Assembly: GCA_000002435.2 (NCBI GenBank)
Contig: CM018793.1
DNA: 64,000 nucleotides
Strand: one strand, 5' to 3'
From: Giardia intestinalis
Taxonomy: Eukaryota
Positions 29,201 through 39,036 of this stretch are shown piece by piece. The notes beneath the pieces were generated by a model that worked only from the letters and a program-made list of their open reading frames with translations, did not search any database and was not told the DNA's origin. Both the position numbers and the translations under genes were made by a program. Within the stretch, counting starts at the first letter, position 1, and every line of letters starts with the position of its first letter.

Positions 29201-32200
29201 GACGTGTCCTTTCTATTCTGCTATGTTACTCTGCACTGTTGCGTGTCACTTCCCACGTCTGGGGCCATGGATCACAGCAGCGAGCCATTGGGCCGCTCGA
29301 AGATGTGCTTTAATTATTCCGAAGGTGCATGGCCTTCGTTATCTGTCTGGATCAGTAGATGAGCCAATATTCTGGCCATTGCGGCTAAAAGTTCCCACAT
29401 GATCTTTTGTGACCCAACAGTACACGACCAGTAGACAGCCAGATGGGTTATTGCCGGTCCATTCTCCACCCTGGGCTAGATGGGCGCGCATCCTCAGCAG
29501 AGTGGGCTCCCCTGGAACTTCTGTGGTCTCAGATCATTTAGAGCATTCTGGGAGCATCCTTGATTCAAACTTGCATTAGACAAGCACGAACCGTTACATG
29601 ACTCAGAGGATCTCTAACTGCTCGACTACCCTACAACCAATGGTCAAACAGGCATTACAATGAGCGCGCCGGAATATCGGTTAATAGCTGTAATAATTGT
29701 GTCATCGATAGTCATCTAGAACGCTACGCTGCAGCTAACATCAAGGAACGCACTTCTGGAAGTGCCGCAGCCCGTTCAGCCACGGCTTCTGCTACCCTCA
29801 GGCCTAGTCAAATTGCTTCGCCAGGACAGAGAGTCATATGACTCCACAGTAGGTAGCTATGCGGCTCTCACCAGGACACTCGGCTTAGGCCAGCAACTGA
29901 TTCAACTTCCCTAACACGGGAACGCATGTTGACCCACTTCGCAATACGCAGTATGGCATCTTTTGAGCGTCGTCTTTGCACTTTGATGCACGGGAGAAAG
30001 CTTCCTGTTTCTGGCTAATTGGCACAGTGTTCACCGTACACTACACCCAGACCCTGCTTAGTTTCTGTGCATAACGCTTATCAGTGCTAGCAGGCGCAAT
30101 GAGTCTGCTATGGGCCGGGCATTCGTGGAACTGTAGACTGGCACAACGATATTCCAACCGCCGTATACTTCTGTGGTCAGAAGGCCTGGACAAACATACG
30201 AACTAAGCACCGTCTCTTAGGCGTTACTGCAGTAGCAGATCGGGTAGAGAGGACGGGAGGAGACCTGGGCAGAGAATCAGACATGGATCCAATTGAGTTT
30301 GGCTGCAAGGGCTATAAAGACCGGGATCGTACAAACAGCAAACGAACTTCTCCAGTAAAAAATATGCAAGACGAAGCATGGGCCTGTGGGAGGGTGCCAC
30401 TCCTATGGTCAATTACGATTAGCTTAACTCATTAGGATGAATAGGACAGTTTCTTCAATGTAGCCCGCCTAATGAAAAGATAATGTGCTAAATACTGCTC
30501 CACAAATAGATTTGTGTAAGCAGCCATGCGTGGCGTAAGGTAATTACTTGTAAACAGATACAAGTAGGGAGATACGTTGCTAATTTTAACGGCCTGACTT
30601 TGCGGAAGGCAACTTAATACCTGTTATGCAGGGGGCAGCTGACTGATGATTTATGCAACCCTGTATTTGGAGAAAGATACCTTGTGAGGGTCAGATAGTT
30701 TTCAGCCATACGCAATCTGACACCAACCGGTAGATCCTCTGATTCTATCGCATTCTGGTCTACCTCTATCTCTTTGCGTCTCTTCCCATTACCTGGACGG
30801 CCTATCTTTTTGGATACATCATGGCAGCTTTCTAGGCCTGCAAGATGCCTCAAAGTTTCTGCTTGAAACTATAGTAATTCGTACCTCTCGATGACGGTGC
30901 GTACTAGAGCTGAGTACCAACTACATATTGTGGTGGTTGTCAACGGAAGCGATACTCTGCGTAGTATCTCTTAAGCTTGCCGTAACAGGCCCCATAGATA
31001 TAAAGGCCACATGTAGTCTCCAGAGAAGCCCTTGAAAGTATCTGTGTTTGGTGACACAACGCACCAGAAACGAAGGGGAACGCCAAAGCGTCGTATGTTG
31101 AGTCGAAATAAGCCAATCTAATGGCTAGGGGTTTGGAGGCTACTTGATGCATTAGTCGTACACGGATAACAAGGAGATCGGGCTTTCATGCGTACAGGAG
31201 TCACTATCTCGGTCAGCTACTGTCTTCTATCGTTTGGCTCTAGGCCCCTAGTCTGCACTCATTATGAAGGGCCCCCTGCATTCGCGGTATAGGATTTGCT
31301 TTGTGTTCAAGCCATTGTGATCCTTATGGATCTGCTGTTGAGGAAGACCGAGCGAGCAGCCACTAAAAACCATAATAAAGAAATAGGGTCTGTGATCTTT
31401 CCACGCAAGCCACCGCCACCCTGGGCAAGCGGGTATCTCCCACCCTTGCATGGCTGAGATCCACAATCCACAATCCAGAATCCAGAAATTGAAATCTGAA
31501 GTCTGAGATCGGATGTCTTCGATCTCGGCAGGAGGAGAAGAAGTTTTGTTCTGCCGCTCGGGAGTCTCTGCTGCTTCTCGCGGTGTCTTCTGAGGATTCA
31601 TCCCATCCTTTGGCTCGTCGGGGTCACTACCGTTTGGCACCAGTGAGCACACACTATCTCAGGGTCCTGCGTCAGTCGCGACGGCAAGCTTGGCCTTGAG
31701 GGAGCAGCTGACCCTGGTCATGTACTCCAAGGTCTTGGTTCTCTATGATGAAGATCGCATGCCATGAACTTCGGGATATCAACCTCTAGTTCTTCGAGGT
31801 GCTTCTTCGTCTTCTCACGGATTGTATCATCGGTCCCGAGTATGATCAGAGGGTGCGCTCCCCGTGCGCCTCTATCTTGGAGTCATAGTACGCGTTTGTG
31901 GATGTCGATGGAGCACTCCCATGTGTTGTGTCGGGGAAGAGGCTCGGCCCTCTGCTCATGGATCGCAGTGCGCTCTTGCAGGTGGTCCGTCACTCAGCAC
32001 GAGATCATGTCGACGCTCACCCTGTGCAGTGCGTCTAGCTCAGTGATGTGTGGGCTCCATCCATCCTCGCATCACATGGTGTGCTTGGGGTGATGCTTCG
32101 GTCTGTCGAGGCGTCATCCAAAGCATCACGAGCGATCGGGACCGGTTCGCCGTTAGGCCGTCTCTCTCTACAACCGGCGCCCGTCTACTCGAGGGTGTCA

Positions 32201-35200
32201 GGCACTGCCAGCTGCTGTGGCAGATGCCCGGCAGGTGGCCCAGGTCACCACTCTTCGGTGCGGGCAGGATCAGTCCACTTCTGTCAGCCAGACACTCCAA
32301 GGATCCCGACTTGCCTGTCGAGGGATTCACATGGGTCACGTGTGGGTCCATCCTGGCCAGCTTGGCGAGTGATTGGTGCCATCACTGGCTTCGGCCCTCG
32401 GTTGTCTTGGGGGATCCTTGAGACCGGCCAGGAAGGAGGCCTCCTGCCCCTCAGTGCTCCTACACCCAGTGCTGACCGTCAAGCCATGTTGCTTCGCCAG
32501 GCCTGTCGCCTCTGTGACTGTCCCCATCGCGTCACTGTCGTCAATATAGACACTGAGTGGGGCATCTCCTTCAGTTCCTGGTGAGCAGGTTCTGTACCAC
32601 GCCGCACAGAAGCATGCGCAGGGCCCTGAGGGACCGAGTCCAGATACCTCGTGTGTCGCGGCCGAAGGAAGGCCTCGACGCAGCTCCTCGGGATGAGGGG
32701 TACACTTGCCTGGGCGAGGCCGTCTGCTGTTGGGGCTCTCGTTATGTCGAGCAAGACCGCTGTGCCCATCAGTCTGCGTCTCCCTGCACCGTGCGAACGC
32801 CGCCCATGTACATCCAGTGGAACGCAGTCTGCTAGGTCTCGAGGAAGGCCAGGGTCTGGGTCTCCAAGCGGCTCGGGACTACCTTGTGAAGCGAATCATG
32901 ATCGTCTGCTGATCGTGGTTGTCCTGTCCCATTCTTGGGGAAGGGCCAGGCGGAACCGTACGGAGCACGCATCCCATCCTATGGATCGCACTGAGGATCT
33001 CGTTGAAGGCCTGTTTAGGGGCCCCGGAACGCCTGCACCCGGATGGACTCGCCAGCGCAGGCCCGGGGACTTCGAGCCCCGCGGACTGGCCGTCCGTGCT
33101 CTCCGATGGCTGAGGGGGCTCTTGTCTCTCAGGGGCCAGGCCGTCCTGATCCGGCCCTCTGGATAGCAAGGTGCTGGTCGTCGGTGGCGCTGTCAGGGTG
33201 CAGCTCCCCCTCGAGGCGAGGCAGAGGCTGCAGGCCGGGCAGTAGGATGGTGATGCCGCTCCTCCGCTTCCCCGCTGTGTGAGCGAGGCGCGTCTCCTCG
33301 GCTCTCGACTGGAGCTCTGCGGGGTGGTAGGTACCCTCCCCTGAGCACGTTCGCACGACGGGTGCTGAAGAGGACGTCCTTCTCTATCCCCGTTGCCCCA
33401 CTCAGTAGCACCCTACATCCGGTGTCTGTGCTGTAGTGCGTCTGGACGGCCTCGCCGCGGAGGGTCTTCGCGCAGGACAGGCACGTGCTCTTCCGCTCCT
33501 ACTACTTTGGCGTTCGCCCGGTGCCGCTCCAGCGCAGAGTGCTCCTCTCCGTCAGGTTCCTAAGGTCCTCGTTCTCGCTGTGATACCTGATCTATCCCTC
33601 TTGAGGGGTGGGGTTCACGGTGCACTGGTGCGTGTCCGGGGCGACGTCTCCCTTGTAGAGTTCTGCAGGTTCCACGACCCTCTGGGGATAGCCAGCGACT
33701 GGGACCCCTGTTTGAGGCTAGGGCTGGCCTGGCTCCACCGGGCCGCGAACAACTCAAGGGCGCTCTGGTGTTGCTGGTCTCTCAACCGCACAGACTTGGC
33801 CTGTCCTGGCAGATAGTTGGGGTCGTCCCTGAGCGCCTCCGAGGAGTCTGGGAAGCGCTCCGGTCCGATGCTTTCTGTCCGGGGCATCATGGCAGGCAAT
33901 GGTGAGGGCCCACGCGGGACACCGCGCTCGGGCGCCGAGACCTGGTGCGTGGGCTGGCACCGTCTGTCTGTCGCAAGGCTGCAGAAGGAGCTCAGACGGA
34001 GAGGGTTTCCCAAACGTGTTGCTCGAGGCCCTTCGAGAGTCGAAGGAGGCGTGATAGGAGACGCAGAAGTGGCCGAGTGGCTCCTCGTGCTGTGGATGAT
34101 GTAGGAGGTCCTCAAGGGTACAGGCCCGTAAGTGAACTCCGACATTCGTGAGCCAGTTCGTATAGTCAGTGATTGACCCTGTCGGGGCCAGGTGGTCTCC
34201 TGGAGAAACGGTCATTGAGAGCCTTGCCACCACGCAATCGTTCTTTGACACAGGGAGGTTCGGTGGGGGGAAGAGAATGTGGGAGTTCCCTTACTCTCGT
34301 CTCCTGGCCTCTTCGTTCACGTTGCTGGGCGCTTTCTTGGCGTTTCGCTCCAGGGTCCTAGGGACCTTCCTCAGTGGCGCCTCATGGGAGCAGTCGCGGA
34401 TTTATTGCTTACTGGGGACTGGACATCGGGGCCGTCAGCTTTCTGTTTGGGCTTCTTCTCCCGCCGGAACTGGACGACGTCTGATTTCTGAACTCTGGGT
34501 TCAGGTCTTGGCTGGAAGCAAGCAAAGGCCTGCTTGCCTAAGGTGGTGGTGGCTTGCACGGGAAGATCACACTCAGACAGCAGGTGACAACCTCACCCCA
34601 ATGAAACAGAGAGAGTAAACCTTTTATAATAAAGAACTAGCCTTCATTATCATCGGCCGCTCGCTGTGGGGCGTGGTGCAGCGGGAGCATACTGACACTT
34701 GACATATTTGGCCGGTTTCCGGTTGTTGAGTCACGACCCGGGTTCGACTCCCGGCGCCTCAGTTGTTCGCCTTTTCCCCTTCTGTCCTTTCTCCGCATCC
34801 CTGAGAGGCCACGTTTTAATCTTATTAACCTTAATAGGTGCCCAGTCCACAGGTCGGCGCCTCTGCATGCGGCGAGAAGGCTACTAGAAATCGCCGGTAA
34901 TGCCGATCATTCCAACCTGCTCTATGGCGCGGCGGTAGCAGAGCCTGTCTGCGCCACGGCCACCCATCACATCGCAAATTGCGACTACTCGTTAAGGAGC
35001 AGCGCTTCTGGAAGTATGTTTGCATGGAAGTGGCCACGCTGCAATGATCTCAAGTCCCTAGGATTGCTCTCTTTTCAGGACAGAACAAAGTTACGGAAGA
35101 TGAAGCCAGATATGCTGATGAATTCTGCAACAGACCCCTTGTGTCTGTAAGCAAAGCATCGACACCTATGTGCTCTGGGCATTGTGATATGAGGCGTAGA

Positions 35201-35590
35201 AAAGCCGCAATGCATCCCAAGTCACGGTGTATTGCTCTCGAACTGCCCGCTTAGTTACTCCACGACGTGAGGTAACATATGGCTCTTCACGCTTATATAC
35301 TAATCGGTGTAAAGTCGCGCTACAGAACCTCTGCGCTAATGTTGGCGATCTCCTAAAACCGCAACCCACCAGTTGAGGCAGCGAGCCTGAAAGCCAGACC
35401 ACCATGGTATCCCGGCGTGTGCTGTGTGCCGCTTGCTGAGGCTTTCACTATGGATTCTGTGCTCAAGTGGAATCGTACTCACCTTTACTTTGAGCCGGCC
35501 GAGACTCCGTGCCCTAGCCACTGCAGGCTAGAATAGTACCCCGTCGGCCGGCCGGGCGGAGAGCACCTAGCTACATGAGTCGTTGCCTTA
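26250..35590. repeat. Left arm of a large inverted repeat (about 9.34 kb). GC-rich, with no convincing coding capacity.
   Basis: Every six-frame ORF in 26211-35521 has an identical reverse-complement partner in 39106-48432. Coordinates map as x to 74627-x. Boundaries were read directly from the sequence: the outer edge is near 26250 and the inner edge near 35590. Confidence 0.9.
34667..34761 (+). tRNA. tRNA-like element. Possibly an intron-containing tRNA gene, a pseudogene or a tRNA-derived repeat.
   Basis: Canonical T-arm CCGGG-TTCGACT-CCCGG. Acceptor 3' strand CGCCTCA pairs 7/7 (one G-U) with TGGGGCG at 34667-34673. D-arm GTGC-AGCGGGA-GCAT has U8, A14, G18G19 and A21. The anticodon region is 45 nt and cannot be folded into a standard arm: a TGAC/GTCA stem encloses 33 nt, so there is either an intron or decay. 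Confidence 0.35.
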
Positions 35591-35796
35591 GAGAATTGGT
35601 ATACTGCTTTGTTCAGTCATTCTTACTACTTTGTCGTTTTCAAGTAAAACATGCTTTAAATGGCTCTGGTAATTGTAATGTGTTCCCAACCGTAAATATT
35701 ACTTGTTAGCTTTCATTTTCGCAAGTATCTAGCTTCGACATTTTTGTACCATTACCATCGAAAATAATTTGAGTAGCTTTGCTTTCATAAAAATCC

Positions 35797-38700
35797 ATGA
35801 CAATGCACGACCCTGACCAGCTGAGTCAACCAACTGAACCCCTACGAGTGGACCAATGTAATCCTGTGGCGTGCGGTGTCATTGGAACTGTTTATTCTCT
35901 TAAAAATTATCCTGACGCTGTGGTCAGGGAAATCAAAATCGGCGACCTTCCTCCGGATATTATGACAGCTTTGGAGACAGAAATAGACATTCTGCCTCGA
36001 CTCGCACATCAAAACGTGCTTGAGTATCATCAAGTTTTAACAGCCAAGGATGTAGTCTACATTTGCTTACCCCGTTATTGTTGGACCCTCTCTGCAATAA
36101 TTGCTATTTCCGATATAAAAAACAAGCGTTTTTCCGAGCAGACTGTCTGCATTATATTTGGTCAGATTGCTTCTGCTCTGGCATATCTCCACGATCCAAA
36201 TAAATGTGATATCAAGGGAAATCCCCTCCCAGTCTTTATTCACCAGGATCTCAAGCCAGACAGTATCTTGGTCAGCGCAGACGAAACTCAATATGTTATT
36301 ACAGACTTTGGATTCTGTAGAGAAGACCTAGATAGAGGATCTGTTGTTTTGGGTGTGCCTGAATATGCTGCTCCCGAGGCGCTTATTCTTAAAAAGTATA
36401 CTTCTGCCTCTGATGTATGGAGCTTAGGCTGTATTGTTTATGAACTTATAACTTTAAAAAGGCCTAACTTTGTAGGAACTCGCAAACCAGCCGAAGTTTT
36501 TGTCGATGATTGGAGTCCTAACTTAAGTGCTATCAAGAGTACGTTTCTGAAAGAAATGCTCAGACGCATTTTTGTTGTTAAGCCTGAAAATCGTGTCTCG
36601 GCTAAGGAGCTTGCAGAAATACTTGAGACGTGGAAAAGCTCACGCTATATAATTAGAGAGCTTAAGCACAAGGAGCAACAAATAAAGTGGAATCAGATGC
36701 TCATCGATCGTTCTAAGAGATTAGAGGAAAATTGCAGACAGTTGAAAGCAACGCTAGAAGATTCCAAAGCAGAAGTTAGAAACCAAATAGATACTATAGC
36801 TAAACTTGAAAACCAGAGTAACGAGTCTTCTTTGAGAATTAAACTATTGGAAAAGGAGATTGCTACCTTGAGAAGAACTATAGCATATCTAAGTCCCACT
36901 ACTGAAAGCGCCTCGTCAACTACTCTTATAGATGCTGTGAAAAACAATAGTATTGATTCAGTTAAGTCATTGGTCCAAAACTTAGAAGGACTTGGCCTCC
37001 GTGACGCTACGGATACGACAACTCTTATGTGCGCTGTTCACCAAGGAAAGTCTGAACTTGTTGAGCTTTTGGCAACTCTAAAAATGGGACTGCAGGATAA
37101 TAATGATAGAAATTCTCTTATGCATACTGCGATTCATGATTATCTCCAGGTTTCCAAGATTCTTCTCCCACATGAAACAGAGATTAAAGATGGCAACAAT
37201 AACACAGCCGCGATTCTCACTGCAAAGGAAAGGCATGGAGATATTGTGGATCTTTTCACTTTCTTGAACAAGGATGGTACTACAGCGCTTATGCAGGCAG
37301 TGCTACAAAATAATATTAAAGCAATAGATGTCCTCATTCCCCTCCAAAAGGGCGCCAGAGATAATAAGGGCATGACGGCACTAATGTATGCTGCTGCGAA
37401 TGGTCATACAGATGCCGTGCGTTTTCTTCTTGAGTACGAGAAAGGAATAAAGGACAAAAATGGTCATAATGCACTTTGCCATGCTCTTAAAAATAATCAC
37501 CTAGAAATTGCTAATAGTATTCTTCAGCATGATGATCCTACTGACACCGAAGGAGTTACAGCACTTATGCGAGCAGCCGCGAATAACAATGTAGCAATTG
37601 CAAGGCTACTTTTGCCAATACAAAAATGCCTAAAAGACAATAAGGGAGCAACTGCACTCATGCACGCAGCTAAAGCAGGTAGACTAGAGATGGTTGACTT
37701 GCTCGCTGAGTACGAGTCCAAGTGCAGGGATAATAATGGTCAGACCGCACTTATGTATGCAGCTTCTAATGGCTATTTTCAAGCAACTAAGGCTCTTCTA
37801 AAGTACGAGGTACAAATGAAGGATAATTATAATAACACTGCGCTCTCCTTGGCTATTAAACACAGACACACAGAGATAACTAAGCTTCTTCTTTGGTACG
37901 AAAACGATCCTTCTTGGACTGCTCTCATGTGCGCTGCGGTTACTGGTGATTTTGAAACAGCTAGGAGGCATATCAGTGAAAGAGATCTAGTGGACAATAA
38001 TGGGAGAACAGCTTTAGATCTTGCTAAGGAAGCAGGACATGGATCAGTTATTGAAATTCTTGACCATCTGGATGAAAAGGGTTTTACAGCTCTCATGCGG
38101 GCTGCTGCGCAAGGAGACCTGGATATGGTAAAGGTTCTCATTCCTGTTCAGAAGGGCATGCAAACTGTTACAGATGGAGAATGCTCTTGTAAAAATGATA
38201 AGTACTGGTTCAATAAGGGCACAACGGCACTTATGCTTGCTGCCCACTATGGTCATGTAGACATTGTAAAGGAGCTTGTGAAGCATGAGTACAATGTGCA
38301 CGATACTCGTGGCCGAACTGCTCTCATGATAGCCGCTGCATGGGGGAAGATTAATGTTGTAAGGGATCTTATACCTTTTCAAAAAGGGATGCAAACCACT
38401 GGTGATGGAGAATACGAAGCTGGGGAGCAGGGATTTTGGTTTAATAAAGGCTCTACAGCACTTATATTTGCCTCAAGACATTGCAGACTAAACGTTATCA
38501 AAGAACTTATAGAACATGAAAGCCGAATGCATGATGAGTTTGGTGGAACCGCTCTCATGTGGGCTGCACGACATGGACACACCCAAGCTATTTCACTCCT
38601 AATGGAGAGGGAAGGTCGAATGCAGAATGAACGAGGGTGGACAGCTCTGATGTGGGCTGTGCATAGTATTAAGTTAGAGGCTGTGAAGCTACTAATAGAG

Positions 38701-38907
38701 TATGAAAAGGGAATGAAGAGTACACGTGAATCAGAAACTATTCAGCATAATTCAAGCAGTCTTTCTGTTATTTTCAATGTAATACCGGACTCCTTTCCCT
38801 CGGGCTCAACAGCACTTGCGATAGCTAAGAAATGCAGCAAACTATTCGTTGGAAATTATCACCCCATTATCAATCTTCTTTCTCAGTATCCTGAAGAACG
38901 TTATTAG
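35797..38907 (+). CDS. NEK-like Ser/Thr protein kinase with a long C-terminal ankyrin-repeat array (1036 aa)
   Basis: Kinase subdomains VIb/VII appear as IHQDLKPDSILV and ITDFGFC, with APE present. These are followed by a coiled coil and at least 15 ankyrin-type repeats of the form TALM.AA..GH..-v..LL. It is the only gene in the unique spacer of the palindrome. Confidence 0.85.
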   Translation: MTMHDPDQLSQPTEPLRVDQCNPVACGVIGTVYSLKNYPDAVVREIKIGDLPPDIMTALETEIDILPRLAHQNVLEYHQVLTAKDVVYICLPRYCWTLSAIIAISDIKNKRFSEQTVCIIFGQIASALAYLHDPNKCDIKGNPLPVFIHQDLKPDSILVSADETQYVITDFGFCREDLDRGSVVLGVPEYAAPEALILKKYTSASDVWSLGCIVYELITLKRPNFVGTRKPAEVFVDDWSPNLSAIKSTFLKEMLRRIFVVKPENRVSAKELAEILETWKSSRYIIRELKHKEQQIKWNQMLIDRSKRLEENCRQLKATLEDSKAEVRNQIDTIAKLENQSNESSLRIKLLEKEIATLRRTIAYLSPTTESASSTTLIDAVKNNSIDSVKSLVQNLEGLGLRDATDTTTLMCAVHQGKSELVELLATLKMGLQDNNDRNSLMHTAIHDYLQVSKILLPHETEIKDGNNNTAAILTAKERHGDIVDLFTFLNKDGTTALMQAVLQNNIKAIDVLIPLQKGARDNKGMTALMYAAANGHTDAVRFLLEYEKGIKDKNGHNALCHALKNNHLEIANSILQHDDPTDTEGVTALMRAAANNNVAIARLLLPIQKCLKDNKGATALMHAAKAGRLEMVDLLAEYESKCRDNNGQTALMYAASNGYFQATKALLKYEVQMKDNYNNTALSLAIKHRHTEITKLLLWYENDPSWTALMCAAVTGDFETARRHISERDLVDNNGRTALDLAKEAGHGSVIEILDHLDEKGFTALMRAAAQGDLDMVKVLIPVQKGMQTVTDGECSCKNDKYWFNKGTTALMLAAHYGHVDIVKELVKHEYNVHDTRGRTALMIAAAWGKINVVRDLIPFQKGMQTTGDGEYEAGEQGFWFNKGSTALIFASRHCRLNVIKELIEHESRMHDEFGGTALMWAARHGHTQAISLLMEREGRMQNERGWTALMWAVHSIKLEAVKLLIEYEKGMKSTRESETIQHNSSSLSVIFNVIPDSFPSGSTALAIAKKCSKLFVGNYHPIINLLSQYPEERY

Positions 38908-39036
38908 CCTTTTCGATAGCAGCGTCAATCCTCCACTTCGAGACATCAAAAAACATGCTGAGTTCGTTAGCTTTGGTTTCTCTGCCTTTATTAAAGCTAT
39001 AGCACATTTAAATAGAGAAGTGTTGAAGTAGTTCTC

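Noticed and set aside
34667-34761. Calling the tRNA-like element a specific isoacceptor (for example Ser-TGA or Gln-TTG)
   Set aside because: Candidate anticodon triplets are not in a canonical 7-nt loop with U33 and purine 37, and the 45-nt D-to-T interval cannot be folded unambiguously by hand. Identity is left open.
26211-35521. Dozens of 60-178-aa ORFs in the repeat arms, each with an identical mirror in 39106-48432
   Set aside because: They occur in all six frames and overlap one another. They are Ala/Arg/Gly/Pro-rich as expected from translating 60-68% GC non-coding DNA, where stops are rare. No conserved motif is recognisable, and no RT (YxDD), integrase, RNase H or DDE signatures were seen. 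They are treated as non-coding, and the arms as a repeat or structured region.
26250-35590. Hypothesis that the GC-rich arms are rDNA units
   Set aside because: I searched by eye for universal SSU/LSU/5.8S motifs (GTGCCAGCAGCCGCGGTAA, GTCTTGAAACACGG, AGTACGAGAGGA, AACTTTCAGCAACGGAT) and found none. The composition is heterogeneous in a way rDNA is not.
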